Assembly (NCBI RefSeq): GCF_006345805.1
Contig: NC_043007.1
Coordinates: forward strand, 54,436,001-54,500,000
Direction: 5' to 3'
Length of the DNA: 64,000 nt
Source of the DNA: Octopus sinensis
Taxonomy: Eukaryota
Translations under genes and position numbers: made by a program
Notes under the pieces: model-generated
The model's database searches: none
Told to the model about the DNA's origin: nothing
Seen by the model: only the letters and a program-made list of their open reading frames with translations
Part shown: one piece after another, positions 1 to 12,654 of the stretch
Position numbering within the stretch: position 1 is the first letter of the stretch
How the letters are laid out: every line of letters starts with the position of its first letter

Positions 1-486
1 CGACTAAACAGGCAACCCCACCAAGCTTGCTTGGTGAGGAGGGTGTTTATTGGACACTCTGCAGGATGAAAAACAAAACCTGTCAAAGGGCGGAGGAACT
101 CTTGAGAGTCAACAGCCATCCAATAAATGTCTTAAGGCTGTATCATGCGCGGGGACATAGAAATAATCAGACTGAATACCCGATCACGCAGTTAAACCAT
201 TGGGAGTGAAGGACTCCTAGCCTTTGTTAGGGCATCCTTCTTGGAGAAGGTAACTCAGGTAACTGGGATAACTCCGACATAAAACCTGCGGCTCAGTGGT
301 TACCGATGATGTTGACTTGTTCTTCTTTTCGAATTATGCCTGCTGTTGCTTAGTGAGTGAGATTGACTCAGTGCACAGCCTTTCCTCACTTTAAAAAAAA
401 ATCTTCTTGCACAGGCATTGCACGATAACAACATTGATTAAATTTCATGCAATGGCCATACTCAATAACGAGGGGGCAGCCACCAT
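1..486. repeat. Probable interspersed repeat fragment (LINE 5'-UTR-like, possibly RTE-related), cut by window edge
   Basis: GC-richer than flanks, no meaningful ORF, local hairpin CACCAAGC-TT-GCTTGGTG; GGCATCCTTCTTGGAGAAGGTAACTC resembles RTE-type 5' UTR motifs (recollection, not verified). Confidence 0.3.
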
Positions 487-1015
487 GGTGAGGATACCAA
501 GGTAGGTGGTGTGCAGGAGGTAGGGAGGGGCAGTTGAATGTGGGAGGTGTGTGTGAATCTGTGTGGGGTGGTGTTACATGAAGAGAGGTAGAGAGTTGAG
601 ACCATAAGGGACAAAGGAATGAAGGGAGAGGATTAATTCCTGTTCATGGCAAAAGTGGCCCCTATGGAGAAACAGTCTGAACGCAGACAGGTGAATGACC
701 AGAGGAGTGTCACTGCCGAATCTGAAGACTCGAAGGTGCTCCATGAACCGGTCAGCCAAGTGGCATCCCATTTGACCAATGTACAGAGAAGGACAGAGAG
801 AACAGGAGATACAGTAGATAACATTACTGGAGGTGAAAGTAAAGGAGTTGGTAATGCGAAATTAGCAGCAGTGGGTGCAAGTGAGGATAGTGGTGTTGTA
901 GAGGTAGGGGAAGGTGTGACAGTGTGGGTGAGAGCAAGGAAAGGAGCCAGTTTGGGAGGCAGGGGTAGGGAAGAAACTGTTGATCAGGTGGTCATGCAAG
1001 TTATGGGCTCATCTG
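487..1015 (-). mobile_element. Penelope-like element remnant (GIY-YIG endonuclease region), frameshifted
   Basis: Overlapping minus ORFs 633-824 and 574-771 give ...MGCHLADRFMEHLR...DTP...HEQELILSLHSFVPYGLN, matching the PLE GIY-YIG pattern (RLxDRFxEHLR; EQxLIFxLxxxxPxGLN); similar to the plus-strand remnant at 53.1-53.4 kb. Confidence 0.75.
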
Positions 1016-1138
1016 AAGGAGAAAAGCAAAAGTGTGTATATAGTCACATGCACATTATACATATAAGTAGGCACATATTTGTGTATGTGTGTGTGTGTGT
1101 GTGTGCGCGTGTGCATGCATGTGTGTGTGTGTGTGTAT

Positions 1139-1316
1139 ACCACCATCGCTTGACAACCAATATGTTTAGATCCCCATATAACTTGGCAGTTTGGCAAAAG
1201 AGACCGACAGAACAAGTACCAAGCTTACAAAGAATAAGTCCTTGATTCATTTAACTAAAGGATGTGCTCCAGCATGGACACAGTCAAATGACTGAAACAA
1301 GTAAAAGAATAAAAGC
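1139..1316 (+). mobile_element. SINE 3' half
   Basis: CACCATCGCTTGACAACC...GGCAAAAGAGACCGA...CAGCATGG..CAGTCAAATGACTGAAACAAGTAAAAG, same family as the full copy at 11784-12196. Confidence 0.8.
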
Positions 1317-2368
1317 ATTTATATATATATACATACATATATCTTTTTCCAAGACTTTAGGCTTTTATTTAATTAACATATTGTTCTATATTTCTCATTT
1401 ATTTGGTTTCTGCTTGCTTCTTTTCATTACCCCTCAGCTTTGACGTTATATCCTCTCACGTTTTTTTTTTAAAAAAACATAATAGACAACAACCAACAAA
1501 CTCGAGTCTGGCACATGTTTGGCATTTAATAATGGCCGCTTCTCTGTCGAAGGAGTGAAATCAACATCTCCAAACCTCTCAAAACAGACCAGCTGGACCA
1601 CAAAAAAAAGCAATCACAGAAAAAAACCAAACAAACCTACAACGATACACACGTACTCCTGTTGTCATATAACCATCACTTCGCTTCTAGCACATATATT
1701 ACTACTACCACCAAAAGAGCTGTTGGTATTACTACTATTGTTACCATTATTACTATTACCATTATTATTATTATTATTTGCTAAAACTACATTTTACTCC
1801 TTGCCATGTGAATCACCAAAGGATATTTCATATTTTATAATACACCCCCGAATCAACTTAAGTTCACTTTTGTTTTTCTTTACACTTAAAAAAGCCTGTC
1901 ACAACTTCTCCCTTACATTTAAAAATTTTTTTCTCCTCCTCCCCTCTTTGCTTTTTGGTCGCCGTTTTATTAATTGCTTGATATAATAATCTAATAATAA
2001 TAATAATAATAATTATAATAATTATTGTTATTGTATAGTAATTTATTGGCTAAGTGATAGCAATCATTATTGTTGTTATCGATTAGCACACACACCCACA
2101 CACACACTCATACACAAAAAATTTCCCGGCCTTGTGCTTATAAAGGAAAGGATCATTATTAATATTGTTATTATAATTATTATTCATCATTATCCGAACA
2201 CATGATATTTTGTTAAAATGTCTTATTGACGAGTTTTATTTCTTCATTTCTCTGAAGAGAAGATTACATTGTGTAACGCCATTTATTTATTTATTTATTT
2301 ATTTATATATATATATATTTGCATGGCATGCATCTACAGGTGCTTTGTGTTTCTGTATGTGTCTGTTC

Positions 2369-2550
2369 CACCACCACTTGACAACCAGTGTTGGTTTGTT
2401 TACAGTTTTGTAACTTAGCAGTTCAGCAAAATAACCCAAAAGAATAAGTACCAGGCTTAAAAGAAAAATAAATACTGGGTTTGGTTTGTTCAACTCAAAA
2501 ACCCTTCAAGGTGGTAGCTCTACATGGCCATAGTCCAGTGACCAAAACAA
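2369..2550 (+). mobile_element. SINE 3' half (diverged)
   Basis: CACCACTTGACAACCAGTGTTGG...AATAAGTACCAGGC...GAAACAAGTAAAAG family motifs. Confidence 0.7.
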
Positions 2551-2735
2551 GTAAAAGATGTATGTATGTATGTATGTATGTATGTATATAAAATTATAAA
2601 TTAGGGTATCTACGATATACCACCATGCTGAAAATAGCAGCCATGATCTGAGTCTAAAACCACCTTAATTGTCTATATATCAACATGGAGAGAAAACAAA
2701 GAGACAAGATGAAAATAGCAAAAATTTCCTGGATA

Positions 2736-2794
2736 ATTCTAGATCCCGGATTTTTGACTTTGCATTTAGTAATGCTTTGCCTCGTCAGTAGAAT
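2736..2794 (-). ncRNA. Degenerate minimal hammerhead ribozyme motif
   Basis: Minus strand: ATTCTA CTGACGA GGC...GTC AAA ATCCGGGAT C TAGAAT; 6-bp stem I, CUGACGA core, but GAA is read as AAA (likely CpG decay). Confidence 0.5.
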
Positions 2795-3539
2795 ACACAC
2801 GGAAGAGAAACATAAATACATATATATATAAATACAACATACAAATACTTACATATATGAACATATACCCACATATATATGCACGTATGCATCATGGCCA
2901 GTTCAAAATGCCCGCCGTTTAATTCCATGTGAGACATGGTCAAAATATCGCCACAGTAAATACAGTGATGAAATAAATTTAAATTTATATAAATAAGGAT
3001 AAGATTGTTAATTTAAAAATAAAATAACGATTTTATCAAGTGGTCAGTATGGAAAAAAACATTCAAAGGTAATAATTATTAAAATTATAAATTAGGGTAT
3101 CTACGATATACCACCATGCTGAAAATAGCAGCCATAATCTGACTCTAAAACCACCTTAATTATACATATATCGACACACAGAGAAAACAAAGGGACAAGA
3201 TGAAACTAGCAAAAAATTACTGGATAAGACAAGGTAGAAAATGGCTAAAGTAGTTTTATCATGAAGAACATTTTAACACCAGTTTCAGTCTTTGCAACAT
3301 TTTCAACTTAGAGAAAAGCATGAAAAACAATTAAATTGGGGAAAAATTAAATGAAATGTTTTTTTTGTTTAATATAGGTGGGACATTTTCCTTTTTTTTT
3401 TTTGTCTCACTCACTCTTTTACCTTTGTGGAGGCTCGGTAGGTAGGTAGGTAAGTAGGTAGTAGCAGATCTGAAGAAATATTTAGTATGAGGGATGTTGG
3501 TTCTGAATTTTTATTGTTTAAGTAGCAGAAGCTGAGGAA

Positions 3540-3742
3540 GGAGACAGCGACAACGACGACGACGACGACGAAGAAGGAGAAGAAGAAGAAGAAGAAGAAG
3601 AAGAAGAAGAAGAAGAAGAAGAAGAAGAAGAAGAAGAAGAAGAAGATGAAGAAGAAGAAGACGATAACGACGACAACGACGATGACAGCAACAACAACAA
3701 CAACAATAATTATAATAATAATGATAATAATAATAATATTGT
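3540..3742. repeat. Compound trinucleotide microsatellite (GAC)n-(GAA)n-(AAC)n-(AAT)n
   Basis: Directly visible. Confidence 0.95.
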
Positions 3743-4149
3743 TATTAAAATCCAAGCATTTAACTTATAGTTTATTCATAGGTAAATTCTCATTAAATTA
3801 CTGACTAAAGATATAATTACACAACAGTTGCTGATTGTCCAATAACTGTGAACTGGTATGATATTTGCAAGTATTGAAAATTTTGAAAATAAACAAAATC
3901 AACATTCAAATTCCTCCTTTCAGAAAAAAAGGAGAAGTGTGGTGTAACCAATAGCACAGTTCCTTACCAAATGATAGAGATATGCTTTGAATCTTAGCAG
4001 TGAGTTGTTTTACAATTGAAATTAGAATTTTGAAGGGTTTAACATTTAATAATATAATATGCTAAATATATGATAGATTCTCCTGTCAAATGAAAATTAA
4101 GTGTTCAGCTTTTGTCAAATGACTCTAACAAATTTGTTCATGGTGACCA

Positions 4150-4370
4150 AATGTATATGCCATACATTAGCTCACTCCGTTCATCAAATCAACATTGCCC
4201 GAACAGGTGCATGGTGTACCAGATGTCAGGTGTTGAAGTGATCGCAGTGCAACGTGAGATGAAATGTTTTGTTCAAGAACACAATGCACCACCTGGTCTA
4301 GGTATTGAAATCATGATCTCATAATTGTGGGTGTAAAACCTTAACTGCTTGAACATGCATCCTCTATATA
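4150..4370 (-). mobile_element. Degenerate tRNA-derived SINE
   Basis: Minus strand begins GCATGTTCAAGCAGTTAAGG...GATTTCAATACC (A/B-box-like) followed by GTGTTCTTGAACAAAACATTTCATCTCAC core-like segment. Confidence 0.5.
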
Positions 4371-4809
4371 CAATATAATGTAATATCATGTAATATGATA
4401 TGATACGATATAATATAATATGATATAATACAATAAATGCAATATATAATGTAGTAACATATAATATAATACAATAAAAATAAAACATGTGTGAGATATT
4501 GTTTCCAGACTCATCAAGGTCAGTAGACCTCATTCAGATTATGACAAAACAGCCAACCCATTCTAGTATTGAAAGTACGTATAAAATAATAGTGATGTTG
4601 ATGAAGGTGGGGAGAGGGATGATGATGAGGGATAGAAGGATGGATGGATGAATATATAGATAGGTAGACATACGGACAGATATGCATCTACTGATAAAGG
4701 AATGGGTATAAATACAAAAATAATATACATACCAATATAAATGTTGAAACATATTTATTGATATTTTAAGAATATACAGATATACAGATGTGTATGCCTG
4801 TCTACATAT

Positions 4810-4814
4810 ATATA

Positions 4815-4855
<41 letters not shown>

Positions 4856-5465
4856 TATATACATATATGTTTGTGTGTGTGTGTGTGTCTATATATGTAT
4901 CTGTGTGTATATGTATATATATAATGTACATATATGTATCTATGTGTATGTGTGCATGTGTATATATGCATATATATTTTTGTGTGTGTGTATATATATA
5001 CACACACACACATACATACACACATGTACACACACATACACATATATATATAAGTCTACACAAGCATAAGTGTGTATATAGACAGTCACATGCACATTAT
5101 ACATATAAATAGGCACATATTTATGTGTAGATATATATGTGTGTGTGTGTGTATGTATATATATATATATATACCACCATCGCTTGACAACCAATGTTGA
5201 TGTGTTTACATCCCCATAACTTAGCAGTTTGGCAAAAGAAACCAAGAGAACAAGTACTAGGATTACTGTGGTTGATTCATTTGACTAAAGACAGTGCTCC
5301 ATCATGGACACAGTCAAATGACTGAAACAAGTAAAAGAATAAAAGTAAAAATATATATATATATATATATATACATACAGATGTATACATACTTATATGT
5401 AGATATACACACACACACATATATATGTATATATATACATACATATGTATACATATATATATATG

Positions 5466-5516
<51 letters not shown>

Positions 5517-5540
5517 TATATAATATATATATATATATAC

Positions 5541-5576
<36 letters not shown>

Positions 5577-5785
5577 GTATGTAGATATATATACGTGTGT
5601 GTGTGTGTGTGTGAAAATGAGCAATAGGATATCAAGAGGAGATGTAGTACAACTATTTCAAGCGGCTTATGTTGCTTATTTTGATTTCATTCACCTTACT
5701 TTGTGTTTTTACAGATAATACTGTACTGATCTGGTGCTTCAACTTAAGTACCTAATTCAACTGAATCTCAATTATTTCTCATATA

Positions 5786-5884
<99 letters not shown>

Positions 5885-5888
5885 GTGT

Positions 5889-5928
<40 letters not shown>

Positions 5929-5941
5929 ATACATACATAAA

Positions 5942-5972
<31 letters not shown>

Positions 5973-5980
5973 ATGTATAT

Positions 5981-6024
<44 letters not shown>

Positions 6025-6086
6025 CACACACACACATATATATATATACATATATATATATGTATATATATGTGTGTATATATAAG

Positions 6087-6120
<34 letters not shown>

Positions 6121-6123
6121 TAC

Positions 6124-6185
<62 letters not shown>

Positions 6186-6298
6186 TATATATATACATAC
6201 ATATGTATACATATATATTTATGCATATACATATAAAGAAAGATAGATAGACAGTGCGAAAGAGAGAGAAAAACAGAGAGAGATACATATACCTATAC

Positions 6299-6331
<33 letters not shown>

Positions 6332-6425
6332 TAAATAATATATATACATATAAATATGTATTTGTGTATCTGTATGCATTGCATGTGCATGCATGTATGT
6401 GTGTTAAATATATACACACATGTAA

Positions 6426-6468
<43 letters not shown>

Positions 6469-6747
6469 TATACACATACATATGTGTGTGTGTGTGTATC
6501 TGTGTGCACATGTTTGTGTGAATGTGTGCGTGTGCATGCATGTGTTTTGTGTGTGTGTGTGTTAAATATATACATGCTAAATTTATTTTTAAGGATAAAC
6601 ACTTTTATGCTGAGGGTGCTGTTGTACTCTCTGAATGTGGAGTCAATGTCTCATCAAGTAATGAAGCAACTCTGTACCTGTGTATACAGTGTCTACATAT
6701 AAGTATTTATGTATATATGTATGCATATAGATGATATATATATATAC

Positions 6748-6778
<31 letters not shown>

Positions 6779-6900
6779 TAGATAGATAGGGTGAGAGAGA
6801 GAGAGAAAGAGAGGGAGATACATATATACATTTGTATATATGCATACTCTATGTGTGCCTATATAAATATGTATAGATATATGTAACAACATAATATATA
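4810..6900. repeat. Large (TA)n/(TG)n/(CA)n/(GATA)n microsatellite field
   Basis: Directly visible; produces the YI/CV/HT repetitive ORFs. Confidence 0.95.
5173..5350 (+). mobile_element. SINE 3' half
   Basis: Near-identical motifs to 1139-1316. Confidence 0.8.
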
Positions 6901-7111
6901 AATTTACATATATGTTTGCATGTACATGCTTTAGATATATGCTATATGTGTGTTTTTATACATATACATACATATGTGTTAAGTACATATTATTATTATT
7001 TGCAAACAACTTGCCGATACAAATGCTACCAGTAAAAAGCTCTGCATACTGGACACTAGCAGATCTATTACAGTTCACATTACAGTTCACATTTTACAGT
7101 TCAGCCTTTTC

Positions 7112-8848
7112 TCAAATAAAATCATCTTCAGAATATGGATTAAATTCTTTAGTAAGGTCCAGGTCAACAAAATTGCTAGAAATCTGAGATTCTGTTTCAT
7201 CTCTTAGTACATTTTTCACATTTTCTAAATCAAGACCATTCCAAGGTGGGGGCCACTTCACTACTATTGGTTTTTGATTGAGTTGGGAACTACTTTTTGG
7301 AAATATAATAAAAGAAGTTTCTTTTCCTTGAGAACTATCAGTAGATGGATGCCCATAAGGATTGTTACATCTATTATTGTGAATTGATGTGTTAGGTGTC
7401 TGATGCATATTTTTTTCCATTTCTATAGAGGTAGAGGATGACAAAGCTGTTGCATTATCATTGTTTTTCTGAATAACTGACCATCTTGCCTTTGGATTTA
7501 CATTTGGAAATTGTGGTACTTGGCTGCAGTCATCAGTTGGTTTTTCTTTTGCAATGTTCTTTGGTTTCTCTATTTTCTTATTCATTGGTGAAGTAATCTT
7601 GGAATGAAGTGAGGTTTTCTTGCAGGGATATTTTTTGGTCTGTTGGAAATATGCAGTGTCATAAGATATTGGTGCTTTAAGAACACGAGCTATAGAATCT
7701 ATAATTTGTGAAATACAACTGACATGTAACTTATAAGAGTACAAGTGTGATTGTTTGTAGCCATTCTGTAAGGCATTTATCACATTTTGAACAGTTTTTT
7801 GAAAGATTTCAGATTTTTTATTGGTAGAAATAAACAGAGATTTTTTATTGTTCTTTGAATGCTTTAGTAAAGGAGAAGTAGATGTCATTTCTCGGCCAGA
7901 CAAGCAACCAATGTCACTTAAATTTGGATTGTTCTTCAAAGAATTCGAAATTACAAAGCTTCGCCTTCTTACAGAAAGATACTGATTTAGATTATCAGTT
8001 GATTCACAACATTTGGTTATAATCTCTTTCATATTACATGGAAGCTGAAAGTCTGGGTAACGCACAAAAATAATTGGCAAATGATAGTCAAGAGCTTGTT
8101 TCAGTTGTGAAAGACATTCGCTAGAAGAAATGGTTGAGTCATTAAAAATGAATATAAAAGCATTACATTCTGTGATTATGTTATTTGTTGATTGTAAAGT
8201 TGGAACCATACAATGGAGAAATGTAACAGCTGATACAGATCCTAATACAGCAGAACTTATAATATCTTTGACATTATTTGGATCCCGACATACAAACACT
8301 TTACTTGAATACAGAGTGTTTTCTCGAGGTAATCTCTTACTCTCCAGGTGAGATGCAGCAGATGAAACAAAAACTGAAGGAATTTTGGAAATTTTTGTGC
8401 TTTTTTTCTTTTTTCTGAATTGGACTTTTTTTTTAAAAACAGTATCAGATACTTTCACAGTAGTTGGTTGTAAGGTCTCATTCTTAATATCTTTTGCCTC
8501 TTGGTTAGTACTAATTAAAAAGCTATCTATACATGTGGCAGATTCTGGGGAAGTGGCTGGTGAAGAAATTTGCACATGAAGAGGTGAGACAGTATCTAGC
8601 TGAGCTAAACCTGAAACAGAATTTGGTAATAATGGGAGAATAAAATTCCAGAGAGTATCATAAGCTTTTTCTTGGATAAGTTTTGGATAGAGTTTGAGTA
8701 AATCAATAAATATTTTTAAAAAGATTTGCTTTTCTTCAATCCAGCCTAAAGCCTGCCAGTATGTAAAGGTATTAACTACATCATCAGCAAAGTGTTCCTC
8801 TGCTCTTGTAAGCATGCAAGCTGGTAGCTGTCGATGACAGTGTTCCAT
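7112..8848 (-). CDS. Uncharacterised host protein (578 aa) with a putative TIR (TIR_2/SARM-like) domain; single exon or large terminal exon
   Basis: 1.7-kb stop-free, non-repetitive frame in a stop-rich AT-rich background. KVFVC...IITECNAFIFIFNDSTISSSECLSQLKQALDYHLPIIFVRYPDFQLP fits TIR betaA/betaC-alphaC-betaD; LQNGYKQSHLY...ISQII resembles the SARM1 TIR C-terminus (FNGIKWSHEY...IEKII). In-frame TAG lies 3 codons upstream of the ATG. ORF confidence is high; domain identity is moderate. Confidence 0.75.
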   Translation of the reverse strand: MEHCHRQLPACMLTRAEEHFADDVVNTFTYWQALGWIEEKQIFLKIFIDLLKLYPKLIQEKAYDTLWNFILPLLPNSVSGLAQLDTVSPLHVQISSPATSPESATCIDSFLISTNQEAKDIKNETLQPTTVKVSDTVFKKKVQFRKKKKSTKISKIPSVFVSSAASHLESKRLPRENTLYSSKVFVCRDPNNVKDIISSAVLGSVSAVTFLHCMVPTLQSTNNIITECNAFIFIFNDSTISSSECLSQLKQALDYHLPIIFVRYPDFQLPCNMKEIITKCCESTDNLNQYLSVRRRSFVISNSLKNNPNLSDIGCLSGREMTSTSPLLKHSKNNKKSLFISTNKKSEIFQKTVQNVINALQNGYKQSHLYSYKLHVSCISQIIDSIARVLKAPISYDTAYFQQTKKYPCKKTSLHSKITSPMNKKIEKPKNIAKEKPTDDCSQVPQFPNVNPKARWSVIQKNNDNATALSSSTSIEMEKNMHQTPNTSIHNNRCNNPYGHPSTDSSQGKETSFIIFPKSSSQLNQKPIVVKWPPPWNGLDLENVKNVLRDETESQISSNFVDLDLTKEFNPYSEDDFI

Positions 8849-10019
8849 GGGTCTCTAATGTGTGGAGACCTGTGTGTGCATAGGACTAGTCGTAGCATGA
8901 GAAAGTCAATGGCTAAAAATAGTCTTTTGAACTAACTGACATCATTCAAATTGATATATGTGGACAATCTATTTCAATATCAACTTTCTCTGCTGACGTA
9001 CAGTATAAATCTTCTTAATCCAATGATATACATTCAGCTACTAACATAATTATGGCATCATTATAAAAGCACAATGGATAATTCCAGGGCATTATCTCTG
9101 TATGTTATCTTTCAATAGATGCAGCTTGTTGTCTAGACTACAGGTTTACTACCTCTAGTCCATTTTACTTGGTCTTCAACTGTTGCCATGGTTTCAGAAA
9201 CCAACACTTTAGTAAGGTAATCAAATTATTTGCCATATTTAATCAAAGCATCCAGTGTATAAGAAAATGGGCAATTGTTGAAATTTTGTAGCTGAAGCCC
9301 TTTAAAGATATAAATTTTTATAAAAAAAACAAAACAATAAAAACACAAATATAACTTTGATAGACAACAAGGTTATTATTATGAAAAAGAGTTAATCATA
9401 ATTATTGTTACACATGATAGCTTAATGACTCAACTCTACAATTTGTTTCAAATTCCGGTTATCATTGATGTAGGTATATTAAAAAGTGTAAATATAAAGC
9501 TAATATTGGACATCACAAAACTCAGCAGTAAGACTGACAAGTGAAACAAGATCTAGTAATGACAGTTATGCTTTCAGAATCAGAAGTAATTGGCTACTTA
9601 AAAGCATTATTAGTTTTATGGCCTATTGATGGGTGGTAAATTGGGAAAATCCCACTGTGATCAACTTTATCAATTATTCTTCTCAGGTTGATAAAATTAA
9701 GTACCAGTGAACTACTTTGATCAATATAATCAACTGAAAGCATTATACCTCTATCTGGCATCAATATATAATTCATTGGGAGGTAGAAGAAATGACTGCT
9801 TACTTCCTTGCAGAGATTGTCTTTTATCCCACTGAGATCAATAAAGTAATTATCAATCATGTATTGAGGTCAATATAGTCACTTATACTCTATCAAGTAC
9901 AATATTTGATCTTGGTACCAGTATGCCCCCTCCTCTATAACAAAACACCTGTTTCTGCTTCTCTGTCCTTGTCACACTAATCTTTCATCCTCTAACATGA
10001 GTTCCCCTCAAATGCTCCT

Positions 10020-10235
10020 GCCTCTCTCAAAATTCATTGTCTTGCAAGTTACTTGATGACTTTGCCAGTGCTGATGCCACATAAAAAGCATCCAGTCCAC
10101 ACTGTAAGGTGGTTGGCATTTGGAAGGGCATCCAGCTGTAAAAATCATGCCAGAACTGACCTCGCCTGTGCTGGTGCAGCATAAAAAGCATCCAGTCCAC
10201 TCTGCAGAAGGTTGATGTTAAGAAAGGGCATCTCT
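10020..10235 (+). mobile_element. RTE-3'-tail-related repeat fragment
   Basis: GTGCTGATGCCACATAAAAAGCA...GGAAGGGCATCCAGCTGTAAAA, shared with the RTE 3' UTRs at 34.9 and 48.4 kb. Confidence 0.6.
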
Positions 10236-10749
10236 TTTCTTGTGTGTGTGCGTGTGTGCGTGTTCACTTTTCATGCAAAAACGGCCGCACGAATTACTTT
10301 CTTACTTGGGAGGCATGAATAATTTGACTTTAGATACATAATAGGGTCTTCAGTTTATTTTTTTTTATCAAAAATACTTAATATTGCTTTATCTATATGA
10401 TTCACTTCTTTAAAAAGGTTTCTCAATGCCAACTTCTGGTATCAAGGTAGCAACGGCAAAATTTTCCGTTCTTCTCTATTTCAATAATTTCATTTCAAGT
10501 TTTAATTCACTATTTGCAAACAATTATGATAAATTACTGAAATAAATATTCACTAAGTTCACAAATTTCGTTTGAATCTGCTCTCTTTGTTAATTTCCAT
10601 AAAAGTTTTTATTTATTTACTTTTTGTATGCCTTGTTCAGCTCTATGTATTTGTAGTCAGTTACACATGCACACGTGTGCTTTTGTACTTACATTTGTAT
10701 ACATTTTTGTGTGTGTGTGAGAAAGAGAGGGAGGAGTGTATTGTCATGT

Positions 10750-12654
10750 GGGATCCAGACAAAAGCCCCACCATTACATTTTTCAATTATTTTTTTCACT
10801 TTTAGAATTTTTAGTTGAATGTATCAACCCCAGAATTTTTTTTGTTTACTTGTTGCAGTTATTAGACAGCGGCCAGCCATGCTGAGGCACCACCTTGAAG
10901 AATTTTTAGATAGCTGTATCTGTATGGAACCCAGAATTTTTTTTTTAAGCTTGATCAAAACCACTTTTGTGATATAATTTATTTTTGCTTTTCTTTTTAT
11001 TTGTTGCAGTCATTAGACTGCAACCATGCTGTGGCACCACCTTGAGGAATTTTCAGTCGATTATATCAACCCCAGAATTTTTTAGATGATTTTCAACCAT
11101 TGCATGAAGTTAAGCCTAGTAGGTCTCTCGACATGCTAGAAATAACAGCCAAATCTCTTGAAATTTTTTTATAACCCCACCTCAATTATATTTTTTGGTT
11201 ATTCATTTATTTTAGTTTCTAAAAATCTTTTTACTTGTTTCAGTCACTGGTTGTGGCCATGCTAGGCCACTACATTAAAGAATTTTTTAGTCAAATGTAT
11301 CAACCCCAGAATCTTCTTAGGTGATTTTCAACAAGCAAATAAAGTTAAGCCTAGAAGGTCTCTCCACATGCTATAAATAACAGCTAAATCTTACAAATTT
11401 ATTTTTATGAATTCAATTAAACAAAAATAGAAATTGCGTTTGTAAAAAGAAAAATTATTTTCCAAAATTTTGATTTTTAAGTAAACAAAATGTCTTCAAT
11501 CGAAAAACACTGTCAAAACATCTATGTCCCTCAACTATTTTCTTCATTTTTAGAATAATTTTAAAATTTGAAAATGAAAATCAATTAACATTTAACATCA
11601 CTAATAGAATAACAGAACACAAGACTCTTTACTACTCAATGTAGAAACATAAAAACAACAAGAAGTATGTTTGAATAGCTAGCATTCGGCAACATAATTC
11701 TGTTTGACCTTCACAAGCCAGAGAAAGTTCAAAATGTCAACTTATTCTCATTAAACTGTAAGTGCTGAGAGAAGAAAACAAAGACTCTTTTACTCTTTTA
11801 CTTGTTTCAGTCATGTGACTGGGGTCATGCTGGAGCACCACCTTTAGTCAAGCAAATCAACACCAGGACTTATTCTTTGTAAGCCTAGTACTTATTCTAT
11901 CGGTCTCTTTTGCTGAACCACTAAGTTACGGGGACGTAAACACACCAGCATCGGTTGTCAAGTGATGTTGGGGGGACAAACACAGACACACAAACATATA
12001 CACACACATACATATATATATATAAATATATACGACAGGCTTCTTTCAGTTTCCGTCTACCAAATCCACTCAAAAGGCTTTGGTCAGCCCGAGGCTATAG
12101 TAGAAGACATTTGCCCAAGGTGCCACGCAGTGGGACTGAATCCGGAACCATGTGGTTCATAAGCAAGCTACTTACCACACAGCCACTCCTATGCCTACTT
12201 TAAATATATATTTTAAAATGCTGATTTTTCTGTGACCAAAAATTCTTCAAGCTGGTGCCCCAGCATGGCTGCAGTCCAATAGCTGAAACAAGTAAAAAGA
12301 TTTTTAGAAAATAAAAAAAACTGAGGGCATTATAAAAAAATTTAATGCGATTTGGCTGCTATTTCTAGCATGTGGAGATACCTTCTAGGCTTAACTTCAT
12401 GCACTGGTTGAAGATCATTAAAAAAGATTCTAGTGTCGATACATTTGACTAAAAATTCTTCAAGATGGTACACCATCATAGCTGCAGCCTAATAACTGCA
12501 ACAAGTAAAAAGGGAAAAAAAATTCTGGGATCAATACATTCAACTAAAAATTCCTCAAGGCAGTGCCCTCAGTATAATGACTGAAACAAGTAAAAAGTGA
12601 AAAAAATAAAAAAATAATAGAAAAATATAACCGTGGGGCTTTTGTCCTACACTC
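10750..12654. mobile_element. Non-autonomous Mutator(MULE)-like DNA transposon with SINE-derived internal inverted repeats
   Basis: 10-bp direct repeat ATTGTCATGT at 10740-10749 and 12655-12664 flanks inverted ends GGGATCCAGACAAAAGCCCCAC / GTGGGGCTTTTGTCCTACACTC; 9-10 bp TSDs and G-starting TIRs are typical of MULEs. Confidence 0.7.
11784..12196 (-). mobile_element. Full-length tRNA-derived SINE
   Basis: Minus strand head GGAGTGGCTGTGTGGTAAG (A box)...GGATTCAGTCCC (B box-like), then GGCACCTTGGGCAAATGTCTTCTACTATAGCC, central (TA/TG)n and tail ending GAAACAAGTAAAAGAGTAAAAGAG. Confidence 0.9.

Noticed and set aside
646-1245. 199-aa plus-strand ORF
   Set aside because: Antisense to the Penelope remnant, running into (TG)n and a SINE; no protein signature.
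4755-6892. Many 60-250 aa YI/CV/HT-rich ORFs (also 41.5-42.9, 49.4-50.1, 56.0-56.7 and 61.5-61.9 kb)
   Set aside because: Translations of dinucleotide microsatellites.
9594-9860. 88-aa minus ORF near the host gene as a possible exon
   Set aside because: The plus strand is a degenerate SINE (GTTGATAAAATTAAGTACCAG); no domain signal.
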